From contig JBFWVL010000002.1 in NCBI GenBank assembly GCA_050246755.1, positions 328,207 to 392,206 on the forward strand: DNA of 64,000 nt, given 5' to 3'. Within the stretch, counting starts at the first letter, position 1. Each line of letters opens with the position of its first letter. This document shows, piece after piece, positions 50,899-60,120 of the stretch. The notes under the pieces were generated by a model. That model made no database searches, was not told the origin of the DNA, and saw nothing but the letters and a program-made list of their open reading frames with translations. The DNA is from Bacteriovoracia bacterium (GTDB taxonomy: Bacteria; Bdellovibrionota; UBA1018; CAIPTA01). A program made the position numbers and the translations under genes.

Positions 50899-51600
50899 AT
50901 GAACCATAAGCCACTCTTAACTGCCGTAGTCTTTTTCCTAGCCGCTCAAGCCCAAGCCGCAAATGTGCCTAAGTACCTCGGGGAAATCCCTTCTAGCTAT
51001 TGCGCTCCAGTGAGTAAAATAGACACAAACATCAAAAGCTGCGACGACAATAAGCTCTTCGTGCGGGTGGCGCAGAAATGCTTTGACGACTTCAAAAGCC
51101 TTCGTAAATCTACTGCAAATGACCTTGCGGGCCGCTTCGCCAAGGGCGACCAAGATAAGCAGCGCAAAGACTTTGCCGACCATGCCGCGAATAACCAGGA
51201 AGCAATCGCCGCCCACAAATACCTAATTAGCTTGGGCGAGCTGGCCGTGAGTGAACTCGACGGCTATTTTGACTATATGGAACATCCGGAAGACGCTGAA
51301 AACGACGATGAGATTCTCTCTGAGCCATGTTTCATCGAAAATGCTACCGCCCTAGAAAACATAGTGAACGATTTTGAAGACGAAGTAGACACGATGAAAG
51401 AGGCGAAAGAGATTGAAAAGGTACATAGCGCGATCTCCAGCCAAAATAAGCAGCAAATCGATGCTTCGAGCACCAATTTAAAAATCAAATCCACCACTGG
51501 CAAAGGTAGCGGCACCATCAAAGCCGGTACCACGGGAAACCGCGAGTCCGACGTGAGCGGCGTGGAAGAATCCAAAAAAAAGAACGAGCAGAAAAAATAG
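50899..51600 (+). CDS. Secreted partner protein (cassette 3, gene B)
   Basis: Signal peptide AQA; C-x12-C-x12-C; EPCF; NRESDVSG...KK. Confidence 0.75.
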   Translation: MNHKPLLTAVVFFLAAQAQAANVPKYLGEIPSSYCAPVSKIDTNIKSCDDNKLFVRVAQKCFDDFKSLRKSTANDLAGRFAKGDQDKQRKDFADHAANNQEAIAAHKYLISLGELAVSELDGYFDYMEHPEDAENDDEILSEPCFIENATALENIVNDFEDEVDTMKEAKEIEKVHSAISSQNKQQIDASSTNLKIKSTTGKGSGTIKAGTTGNRESDVSGVEESKKKNEQKK

Positions 51601-51601
51601 C

Positions 51602-51967
51602 TCAGTTCGAGAATCGCGCTACGGCATCTAGGATCACATCGATGTCCACGGGTTTGCGCAGGAGCAGCTTCGCCGCCGTACGGCGCTGCTTGTCTTCCAC
51701 GTGACCATCGGCCGTCATCACGATCACCGGCACGTCTGCAATACGCGGATCTTTTAGCTGGGCTTCGCGAAATTGAAACCCATCCATGATCGGCATCATC
51801 AAATCTAAAACGATGAGAGACGGAAGGGGCTTACCCGAACGCAAAAAATCAATCCCCACCTGCCCATTCTGGGCAAGCTCCACCGCGTAACCTTCCGACT
51901 CCAAAAGTAGCTGGAGGTTATTTCGGATGTCTTCGTCATCCTCGACGATTAAAATTGTTTTCGCCAT
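51602..51967 (-). CDS. Single-domain response regulator
   Basis: IVEDD, LDLMMP.MDG, MTA, KP. Confidence 0.92.
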   Translation of the reverse strand: MAKTILIVEDDEDIRNNLQLLLESEGYAVELAQNGQVGIDFLRSGKPLPSLIVLDLMMPIMDGFQFREAQLKDPRIADVPVIVMTADGHVEDKQRRTAAKLLLRKPVDIDVILDAVARFSN

Positions 51968-52372
51968 AAGTTGTTCTTTGTAAGCCAAATTTTCCTTTTT
52001 TGTCACTGGCTGTCAAACGATAACTGAAGGCTTTAGTACGGTTAACGCCCTACCTAGGAAATTTGCCTACTTGAGCAGATTTTAACGTCCAGCTGCGGCA
52101 TATTGCCAGCGATTATTTGTGCCAAGAAACGACAATGGCTATCACGATCAAGGGCTCCTCGGAAGCGCCTAAGAGCGCCCCCCTAACTCTTTTGGTTATC
52201 GGTCACGGCAAAGGTAACAAGCCAAAGAGATCTATTTGTGCCCCAACCCTCATCGTTAAAAATTAAAGCGAAGTTACTACAAAAAACTAAACCGAGGGCG
52301 GGCATTGCTCTCCTTACGAAGATGAAATCCCGGAGCGACGAGCGGCCAAAGATCGGATAAGATCTCCGGCGA

Positions 52373-53065
52373 ATGCCCGAAGAAAAAGCCAGTTCGGCGA
52401 GCCTCCTTGCTCCTTCTTTCGAGAAGGGATACTGGCGCTCGGCCGAACGGATCCGCTACCGCGACCATGCCGGGTTCTCGAAAAAGAAAAAGCACTTCGA
52501 GCCCGAAGGCCATAATGCCTTCGCCGCGCGCTGGGCGGGGGAGCTCACGCGGGATGAACATATCGCCGAAATTAAGCAAATCTACGAAAACGCGGTGGTC
52601 ATTTTAGGAAATAAGCGGTCGCAGATGGAGCGCAGCGACCAAAGCCTGGATTGCCGCCAGTTCCGTTTCACGATCGATGCTGCACAAGACCCGCAGGATG
52701 CCACGAGCATCCTGGTGACCCGCAGCCTCACGGTAAAAGTTCCGCTTAATACCCTGGGCGCCCACTTCGATGAAATCTTCCCCTATAAACCGGTGGAGCT
52801 GGTAGTGCCTTTCACCGGCGGCACCGATTCCCGGCAGATGCTCGAAATTTTAGAAGAATGGGAAAGTAGGCTAGAAGGCCGTATTGAAGAAGGCCTGGAC
52901 CAATCAATGCTAAAGCTTCACCTGAAGTCGGGATTCACGATGGCCGTAGACTTAAATTCCCACGAGGCCATTTTTTCCAAAGCATCGGTAGAAGGAGTTT
53001 CGGCGCTGGCGGGAGCGGTAGCGCAGGATTTAAAGAACATGGGTATCACGAAGAAATTGGAATGA
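52373..53065 (+). CDS. Hypothetical cytoplasmic protein
   Basis: 230-aa ORF with normal composition, 4 nt upstream of the DoxX gene. Confidence 0.6.
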   Translation: MPEEKASSASLLAPSFEKGYWRSAERIRYRDHAGFSKKKKHFEPEGHNAFAARWAGELTRDEHIAEIKQIYENAVVILGNKRSQMERSDQSLDCRQFRFTIDAAQDPQDATSILVTRSLTVKVPLNTLGAHFDEIFPYKPVELVVPFTGGTDSRQMLEILEEWESRLEGRIEEGLDQSMLKLHLKSGFTMAVDLNSHEAIFSKASVEGVSALAGAVAQDLKNMGITKKLE

Positions 53066-53069
53066 AGCT

Positions 53070-53441
53070 ATGCTGAAACGAATCGCGCTCTACGCAATGG
53101 CTCTTTTTTATGTTGTGGCAGGCATGAATCACTTTCGCGACACGGGCCTCTACTTAAGAATGATGCCGCCCTGGATTCCGGCGCACGAGCGGATGGTCCA
53201 GCTGAGCGGTATCGCGGAGGTATTGCTGGGCTTGGGCCTGCTGTTTCGGAAAACTAGGCCCTTCGCCGCGTGGGGCGTAATCGCGCTATTGATTGCGGTA
53301 TTTCCCGCAAATGTCTACATGTACGCGAACCGAGACGCTTTGTTTGCCGAAATTCCGGCCATGGCGTTGCTGATCCGCTTGCCGGCTCAGGGCCTGTTGA
53401 TTTGGTGGGCTTACCTTTACACGAAACGCGGTCCGGTTTAG
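53070..53441 (+). CDS. DoxX-like membrane protein
   Basis: AGMNHF, MMPP, SGIAE, AVFPANVYM, RLPAQ. Confidence 0.85.
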   Translation: MLKRIALYAMALFYVVAGMNHFRDTGLYLRMMPPWIPAHERMVQLSGIAEVLLGLGLLFRKTRPFAAWGVIALLIAVFPANVYMYANRDALFAEIPAMALLIRLPAQGLLIWWAYLYTKRGPV

Positions 53442-54082
53442 CGGGAAATAAACCAGTCTACGAGCCGCATGTGAAATGGGTTGGCGCCACCGGGATTGAA
53501 TTCCTTGCGGTACAAAATTCCGCGCAATTGAGGCTCATCAAAAAAATAGAACCCGGTGATCTGATCCCCGGGAAGGCGCTTTTGCTGAAATAACGTGTTC
53601 GCGCCGAATTCCGTTTCTTCGGTCACGAAGATGGTTTGATAGGGACTCGGCGGCCCGTGGCGCTCTAAAGGGTTGCAGTTGAACTTCTCTTCGAAAGCCA
53701 GCGCGGGCGTAAGCACGGGGCGCGAAGCAAACGACCCACCGGGTAGGGCGGGGTAGAGGTCTATCAAAAAATTCATTTTTTGGCGGGAATCCCGGTGAGC
53801 CGCCAAGCATTTACGGTAATCCACCACGAATTTATGCGTAGGGTGGAATGCCGTTTCTCCGCGTTGATCCAGGCGCGTGCTCATCAGGATAGTCACCATG
53901 AAATCTTTTCGCACCAGCACTTCATACTTTTCGGTGGAATAGGCCTGTCCTTTTTGGGACTCATCGAAATAGCGCCAAGTGAACGAGCTGCCGGGCGCGA
54001 GCTGATCGAGAGAGATAATGGGCATGGCCGCTGGAACCGAAGCCGCGCAGAAGAAAGAAAAAATAAGATGGAGGAGAGGCAT
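53438..54082 (-). CDS. Secreted hypothetical protein
   Basis: Hydrophobic N-terminus; FEEKFNC. Confidence 0.5.
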   Translation of the reverse strand: MPLLHLIFSFFCAASVPAAMPIISLDQLAPGSSFTWRYFDESQKGQAYSTEKYEVLVRKDFMVTILMSTRLDQRGETAFHPTHKFVVDYRKCLAAHRDSRQKMNFLIDLYPALPGGSFASRPVLTPALAFEEKFNCNPLERHGPPSPYQTIFVTEETEFGANTLFQQKRLPGDQITGFYFFDEPQLRGILYRKEFNPGGANPFHMRLVDWFISR

Positions 54083-54156
54083 TTATGCTCGCTTTCTGGG
54101 GGCCTAGAACGGGGTAATACCTTGGGAAAAAATACGTGTCATGCTATTTCGGTGAT

Positions 54157-55722
54157 ATGAACAATGCCTTTATTCTTCTCGTTTTTAGCTTAGTATCCGG
54201 CCCGGCCTGGGCGATGGAAAAAAATCTCGTTCCCACCACCCAAGGGCTGGTGCGTGGCCAGGAATCAAACGGAGTCTTTTCCTTCAAAGGCATTCCGTTT
54301 GCCCAGCCCCCGGTGGGCGATTTGCGCTGGCGGGAATCCTTGCCCGCCAAGCAATGGGTGGGCGTTAGGGACGCGAGCGATTACGGCGCGCCTTGCATGC
54401 AAACCGAAAACTTCAATGCCGACGGAAAGGTGATCGGCAGCGAGGATTGCCTCACGCTGAATATTTGGCAGCCAAAGGATTCGGCCAAGCCCTTACCCGT
54501 GATGGTATTCATCTATGGCGGAGCCTTCTCCTGGGGTTCTAGCCGCGGAAGAATGGGGGGAGTGGATATTTACGATGGCACGTATCTCTCCAGCCATGGC
54601 CCGGCCGTGGTGGTGACCTTCAATTACCGCGTGGGCGCCTTCGGCTTCCTCGCGCACCCCTCGCTACGCACCGATGGCACTTCCGGAAACTATGGCCTTA
54701 GCGATCAAATCTTGGCGCTGGAGTGGGTGCAGAAAAATATCGCGAATTTCGGCGGCGATCCCGCCCGCGTGATGATTTTCGGCGAATCTGCCGGTGCGTT
54801 CAGCGTGCTCGGCCTGCTCACCTCCCCGGCGGCCAAGGGACTCTTTTCTCGCGCACTTCTGCAAAGTGGTTCCGATATTCGCGATACGGCGGAGAGGGCG
54901 GAAAAAGTGGGCGTGGATTTTGCGGCCGCCGCGGGCTGCGAAGGCGAAGGTCAAGCGAAGTGCTTGCGTGCGCTGGATCAGGCCGAGGTTATGCGCATCA
55001 CAAAATCTTTCCTGCACGGGCAGGGTGCGAAGCTGATTTTTTCCCCTCACGTAGACGGGAAAATTATTCCCGATTTTCCGCTACGGGCCTTACGGGATGG
55101 TAAATACAACCGCGTTCCGGTGGTGGTGGGCGCGAACGCCGACGAGATGACCATTCTCGGGCTGCCGATCATCAGCCAGAAGCCCATTTTCCTGCGTAAA
55201 GACTACGAGTCCGTGGTGAGGCAAGAGTTCGGTGAAGAACTGGGCAATAAAGTGATTGAGCAGTATGGGAAACCCGTGGACAGAACTTCCTACGGCCTCT
55301 TGCAGGATGTATTCGCCGACAATATCTTCCATTGCCCCGCCCAACAGATCGCCGAGGTGATTTCCCGCGATCAGCCGGGGCAGGCTTGGCGCTATGTATT
55401 CTCGCACTCTTATCACCTCGACATCTGGAAAATTCTAGGCGCTGGCCACGGGCTCGAACTCTCCTATGTTTTTCATAATTTCGCTCCCTGGTACGTGCCG
55501 TTCCGTGCGCCCAACCAAAAAGAGCTCGAGCTCTCGGAACGAATGGTAGGGTATTGGACTCGCTTCGCCGCGAACGGAAATCCCAATGCGGATGGAGAAT
55601 TTGGCTGGAGATCTTACTCCGCGGATACGGCTAATTACCTCGATTTAGAATTGCCGCTTTCGGAAAAGTCTGGCTACCGTGCCGAAGCCTGTGCATTTTG
55701 GCAAAACGTGAGCGGCCAGTAG
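54157..55722 (+). CDS. Secreted type-B carboxylesterase
   Basis: FKGIPFA.PPVGDLRW, SEDCLTLN, YGGAF, FGESAG, GHGLEL. Confidence 0.93.
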   Translation: MNNAFILLVFSLVSGPAWAMEKNLVPTTQGLVRGQESNGVFSFKGIPFAQPPVGDLRWRESLPAKQWVGVRDASDYGAPCMQTENFNADGKVIGSEDCLTLNIWQPKDSAKPLPVMVFIYGGAFSWGSSRGRMGGVDIYDGTYLSSHGPAVVVTFNYRVGAFGFLAHPSLRTDGTSGNYGLSDQILALEWVQKNIANFGGDPARVMIFGESAGAFSVLGLLTSPAAKGLFSRALLQSGSDIRDTAERAEKVGVDFAAAAGCEGEGQAKCLRALDQAEVMRITKSFLHGQGAKLIFSPHVDGKIIPDFPLRALRDGKYNRVPVVVGANADEMTILGLPIISQKPIFLRKDYESVVRQEFGEELGNKVIEQYGKPVDRTSYGLLQDVFADNIFHCPAQQIAEVISRDQPGQAWRYVFSHSYHLDIWKILGAGHGLELSYVFHNFAPWYVPFRAPNQKELELSERMVGYWTRFAANGNPNADGEFGWRSYSADTANYLDLELPLSEKSGYRAEACAFWQNVSGQ

Positions 55723-55725
55723 GAG

Positions 55726-57162
55726 CTAGGCCGCTTTTTCTTCGCGAGAAGATGCGTATTTTTTCGGCAGGGTGAGCACGAAGGCAGTATTCGGCGAGCC
55801 GTGGTCGAGCGCCAAAACTCCCTTGTGGGCATCCATGATTCCCAGAGAAATGCTAAGCCCCATACCAGTGCCCTTGCCGATTTCTTTAGTGGTAAAAAAG
55901 GGCTGAAATATTTTCTTCTGGATATCCGGCGGGATTCCGTTTCCACAGTCGGTCACGGAAATTTTAATTTCGCTCTCCAGCTCACTCACCGAAATTTTCA
56001 CCCATTTATTTTCCCTCTCCGCAATCGCGTCGTAAGCGTTATTTAAAAGATTGAGCAGCACCTGCGAGATCTGGGTTTCGCGGCCTTCGAACATAAGTTC
56101 CCTCGGGCAATCCCCGATTTTCAGCTCCACGCCGTGATTGCGGAATCGCTCTGAGCAAAGACCTACCGTATTTTCGATTAAGCCCATCACGTTCACCGGC
56201 CGGAACGGGTCGAGGCTTCCATCGCGAGAAAAAGTACGGAGGCCGAATACGATCTTCGCGATGCGATCGGCTGTTTTCGAAATGGTTTCGCTCATGCGCA
56301 CCACGAGCGCTTTATCGATCGATTCGTCCTGCATCACTTCTTCAAGCTGCGCAGATACCGCCTTAATGATCGCCAGTGGATTATTAATTTCGTGGGCCAC
56401 GCCGCCGGCCATCTCTCCCAGGGCCGACATTTTCGCTACCGATAGCAAAGCCTGCTGCTGATCGATTACCAATTGCCGCGAAGCCACCAGTTCTTCCGTG
56501 CGTGAGTTCACCACGTCTTCCACCGACGCGATGGTTTGCTCGAGCGCGGCTTGCTTCTCCGAATTGGAACGCAGTTCACGCAATCCGTTTTTAATAGAAA
56601 AGAAAAGCACGGTGTCTTCGAATATTACCCATGCTGAATGTTCGAGGGCACGCCCCATGCCCGCCGAAATCACCCCGTATACCGACTCTGGCCAGAACAT
56701 TCCCCGCACCATATGATCCGCGGCGGTGATCAGGGTGGCGAGGGCGACAATTTTCCAGTCGCGGTAGAATGCGAGGAACGCCAGTGAGCCGAAGATATGA
56801 AAATGCGTTTCAATTCTTCCGCCCGTGAGGTGGATGAAGAGAATGGAGAAGAATATCTGCGCCACCGCATTCACGTAGCGGTTGAGTGGCTCGCCCGGCT
56901 GAGTAAGGTACAGATATACGGGAAGGGTGGCGAGAATCCCCCCGACGAAAATCGCCGCGTACACGTGAATATGGGTCTGGCTTACGGCGCCGGCCCACGA
57001 AAGGGGAGATACGAGAAAAGCCAGCGCGATCCCGCCAAGCCACTGCGCGATGAAAAGATAGCAGAAAATTTGGTCCGTTTTTTTCGCGATCCTTTTATAG
57101 TAGAGCGCGAAAATTTCTTCGGCCCTATGTGCGATTAATTCATTTTTTTCGGGAGCCATCAT
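55726..57162 (-). CDS. Sensor histidine kinase with RedC-like membrane domain
   Basis: IHLTGGRIETHFHIFGSLAFLAFYRDW, EHSAWV; [17 protein letters not shown]. Confidence 0.88.
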   Translation of the reverse strand: MMAPEKNELIAHRAEEIFALYYKRIAKKTDQIFCYLFIAQWLGGIALAFLVSPLSWAGAVSQTHIHVYAAIFVGGILATLPVYLYLTQPGEPLNRYVNAVAQIFFSILFIHLTGGRIETHFHIFGSLAFLAFYRDWKIVALATLITAADHMVRGMFWPESVYGVISAGMGRALEHSAWVIFEDTVLFFSIKNGLRELRSNSEKQAALEQTIASVEDVVNSRTEELVASRQLVIDQQQALLSVAKMSALGEMAGGVAHEINNPLAIIKAVSAQLEEVMQDESIDKALVVRMSETISKTADRIAKIVFGLRTFSRDGSLDPFRPVNVMGLIENTVGLCSERFRNHGVELKIGDCPRELMFEGRETQISQVLLNLLNNAYDAIAERENKWVKISVSELESEIKISVTDCGNGIPPDIQKKIFQPFFTTKEIGKGTGMGLSISLGIMDAHKGVLALDHGSPNTAFVLTLPKKYASSREEKAA

Positions 57163-57779
57163 TTTTTCTTTCTGGCGAGAGTGCGTTCGGGGCCAAACAG
57201 GGAGCAACCATAGACCGGAGTTTTTCTGATTTCATTCGGCTTATTTTCGGCGAACGCCAGCACGGCGCTGCGGCCGTTATTGTCTCCCATGTGCCCGCGG
57301 CCCGGGGTGATTCCGCCCGAGAAAACCAATTTTCCCTTTTCATCGAAAAGAAAAACTTGGCCCGAGGTTTTTGCGCCGAAAAGCGTGGCCTCTTTCCCGC
57401 CTTCGTCCAAGTGCGTATGCACTCCGGGAATGCTCTCAGATTTCTGCCATAATTTTTCTTTGGCCCAGTCGTCGCTAACCCCACTCGGCTTCACGAACAC
57501 CACGAAATTCTCGATTTTATTTCTTGTTTTTGGCAGTAGGCGTTCGAGTTCACCGAGGGTAGCCGCGGAGCACGGGCACTGAGGATGGGCGAACACTACC
57601 AACGATGCCTGGCCGGTGCCGCGCTTTAAGTTGCTGGTGGCGGGCCAATCCGGAGTAGAGCGTGCCGCCACGCCCTCGGTATTGGCGTAGATCAGCAAAT
57701 GCCAGAACCCGCCAGTAAGGATTGCCAACCAAAGGCCAAGCAGCGCATAGTTTCTTAATTTTTTGCCCCGAGTCGACAT
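57159..57779 (-). CDS. RedB-like thioredoxin-fold periplasmic protein
   Basis: N-terminal TM; HPQCPCS, FGAKTSG, FSGGIT..RGH.GDN, PVYGCSL; stop overlaps the kinase start. Confidence 0.7.
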   Translation of the reverse strand: MSTRGKKLRNYALLGLWLAILTGGFWHLLIYANTEGVAARSTPDWPATSNLKRGTGQASLVVFAHPQCPCSAATLGELERLLPKTRNKIENFVVFVKPSGVSDDWAKEKLWQKSESIPGVHTHLDEGGKEATLFGAKTSGQVFLFDEKGKLVFSGGITPGRGHMGDNNGRSAVLAFAENKPNEIRKTPVYGCSLFGPERTLARKKK

Positions 57780-57913
57780 ATAAACATTTCGTCAGATAGA
57801 GGGCCGGCCTTGACCTTAAAATGCGGGGGAAACCTGCATTTACACGGTGGAGAGGTCGGTAAATCTAGATTGATCCTTTGGTTTTTCGGTCTCTGGTTCC
57901 ATACTGAAAGAAG

Positions 57914-58522
57914 ATGCTCGCCCATATTCTAACCACCTTCGTGACCCTCTTCGTGATCATCGATCCCATAGGTTCAGTGCCGGTATTTATCGGCCTTACC
58001 GGGAGCTATAGCCCTGAGCGCCGCAAGCAGGTGGCCACCAAGGCGATCTTCGTGGCGGGGGGAGTTCTGCTTTTCTTTGTTTTACTAGGAAAGATCCTTT
58101 TCGATTCACTCGGCGTTCGCCTGCTGAGCTTCGAGATTGCCGGCGGCATTTTGTTGTTTTTTTTCGGGCTAAAGATGATTTTCGACAAGCCCGAAGGCTA
58201 CGGAATTCCAGCCGAATCTGACCACGATATCGCGGTTTTTCCGCTCGCCATTCCCTCGATCGCCGGCCCCGGAGCCATGCTTGGGGTGGTGGTATCGGCC
58301 AATAATCCCTCCAATAGCGCCACCCAGCAGGCCATTACCGCCGCCACCATCGTGGTGGTACTTTCGATCACTTATATTCTGTTGCGCTGTTCCGAACTCA
58401 TCAATCGCTGGATCGGTGGCACCGGCTCCCTTATTTTGTCCAGGGTGATGGGAATTATCCTCACCGCCATCGCCACCGAGACCATTCTCAAAGCCCTCGC
58501 CAAACTAAGCCTCCCGCAATAG
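57914..58522 (+). CDS. MarC family membrane protein
   Basis: IIDPIG, IAGGILL, FPLAIPSIAGPG, SRVMGIIL. Confidence 0.92.
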   Translation: MLAHILTTFVTLFVIIDPIGSVPVFIGLTGSYSPERRKQVATKAIFVAGGVLLFFVLLGKILFDSLGVRLLSFEIAGGILLFFFGLKMIFDKPEGYGIPAESDHDIAVFPLAIPSIAGPGAMLGVVVSANNPSNSATQQAITAATIVVVLSITYILLRCSELINRWIGGTGSLILSRVMGIILTAIATETILKALAKLSLPQ

Positions 58523-58612
58523 AAACCGAAAAAAAATATTGCGGCGCATAATTTGAGATTGACTCGTTGCATTGCTTGCCATATAGGTTCCTGAAACCAC
58601 AGGAAATGCCTA

Positions 58613-60061
58613 ATGAAAACCCTCTCTCTCTTAGCTCTCAGCGTAGTTCTCGGTACGTCCTCGCTTTCCGCCCATGCGGACCTAAAGGCGAACTTCACCA
58701 AGATGAATAAAACCTATAAAGGGCCTTTCGGGCTCAACGTGATTCAGGGGCCTAGAGGCAGAGCTTCGATCAAATACGGCGGCAACTCTGGCAAGCAACA
58801 GTTCCAGGCCGCCTACCGTAACGACCTAGCGCGCGCCATGGCCGCTCAGGACAATTTCTGGACGGGGAACCTCTTCACCACCAATTACTACGAGCTAATG
58901 GGCGAATACGTTTACGGCAATGCCGACAGCAGCCACGACCTTGACCATGCCCGCCTGGTCGCCGCCGCCCCCAAAGCCATCGCCAAGGCTTCCTCCATGG
59001 TACGCCACTGGGTTATCGAGAAACACTATGTGTCCCAATATCCTCTCTCCGAAATCGGAAAGGGTTTTACCCTCCGCGGAATCAGCGACGTGGTCAATGA
59101 GCAGGAATACGCCAACTACTTCTTCAATTTCTACCTTACCGCCATCAACGACGACTACCAGTACCTTCCTGCCTTCATTTTGGTGAATAAAAGCCCGATC
59201 GTAGAGTCTGCTTCGATCGCCAAGGCCCGCGATCTAGTGGCCTCCATCTACGATTCCTACGCCGGTACCGGCTCGGACCAAGACTCGCCCAGCCCAGGTG
59301 GCCAGAATGGCGGCGGAGGCTGGTTCTGGGGAGGCCGCGGCCCTTTCAACAATATCATCAGCGATTCCGGCCTCAAGGAAATGTACAAAATCCGTAACGC
59401 GATTCATAACCAGCTTTCCAAAGAAGTGATTGGCCAGATCGACCAATTTCTCAAAGCGTACCCTCAGTACCGCAGCGATTTCGCTCCCATCCGCCAGATC
59501 CTGGTGGAGTACTACGGAATCAACGCCGGAAAAATCGTGACCCAAGCCAAAAAACTCGGAATGAGCGATATGGCCGCCGCGGCCGCGAAGGTGCTGAGCA
59601 AAGCCACCTATATCGACGGCCTGCTCGAGCTCTCCGCAGTGGCCGCCAATTGGCGCCATAATCTGGCCACCCAAATTCCTTATGAGAAACGTGCCCAGGC
59701 GCTGGCGCTCCTCGCCGACACTTCCAAGATTCTTAATAAAGAACTCAGCGGCCTCGCGGCGGCTAGCATCAAAGATCCCAAGGTTCTCGAAGCCATCGTG
59801 AACACGGTCTATCTTGAAGGGTTCTTGATTAAGGACAACTGGGTATACTTCCAAGCCGAAATGCGCACCGCCGGCGACCCAGTTTCATTGTTCACCGACA
59901 TCATGGATGCCTCCACCGCCACTTTGTCGGAAGCATTCCGCCCGGCATTCACCCAGTGGGTAGAGATGGAACCCAAAATGCAGAACTTCATGGACTATAC
60001 CATCAAGGGTTCGGCACTAAATACCGTCTCGGTAGCGATCGAGAAGCTCAACAAAAAGTAA
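58613..60061 (+). CDS. Secreted hypothetical protein
   Basis: Signal peptide AHA; strong C-ending codon bias; Gly-rich insert. Confidence 0.7.
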   Translation: MKTLSLLALSVVLGTSSLSAHADLKANFTKMNKTYKGPFGLNVIQGPRGRASIKYGGNSGKQQFQAAYRNDLARAMAAQDNFWTGNLFTTNYYELMGEYVYGNADSSHDLDHARLVAAAPKAIAKASSMVRHWVIEKHYVSQYPLSEIGKGFTLRGISDVVNEQEYANYFFNFYLTAINDDYQYLPAFILVNKSPIVESASIAKARDLVASIYDSYAGTGSDQDSPSPGGQNGGGGWFWGGRGPFNNIISDSGLKEMYKIRNAIHNQLSKEVIGQIDQFLKAYPQYRSDFAPIRQILVEYYGINAGKIVTQAKKLGMSDMAAAAAKVLSKATYIDGLLELSAVAANWRHNLATQIPYEKRAQALALLADTSKILNKELSGLAAASIKDPKVLEAIVNTVYLEGFLIKDNWVYFQAEMRTAGDPVSLFTDIMDASTATLSEAFRPAFTQWVEMEPKMQNFMDYTIKGSALNTVSVAIEKLNKK

Positions 60062-60120
60062 AAAACGATCAGGTCCGAAAATGGCCAGACGCTTCCCTCG
60101 TTTAGGGCTATATTGACCCC

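Noticed and set aside
40090-51600. Peptidase cassettes as mobile elements or LexA-regulated genes
   Set aside because: No transposase, terminal repeats or nucleotide-level identity seen; the operator at 47250 sits within the imuA promoter, so SOS control of divergent cassette 2 is unsupported
52195-52232. c-di-GMP-I (GEMM) riboswitch suggested by GGTCACGGCAAA
   Set aside because: Lacks the GNRA-capped P2 and the GACGCAAAGC core
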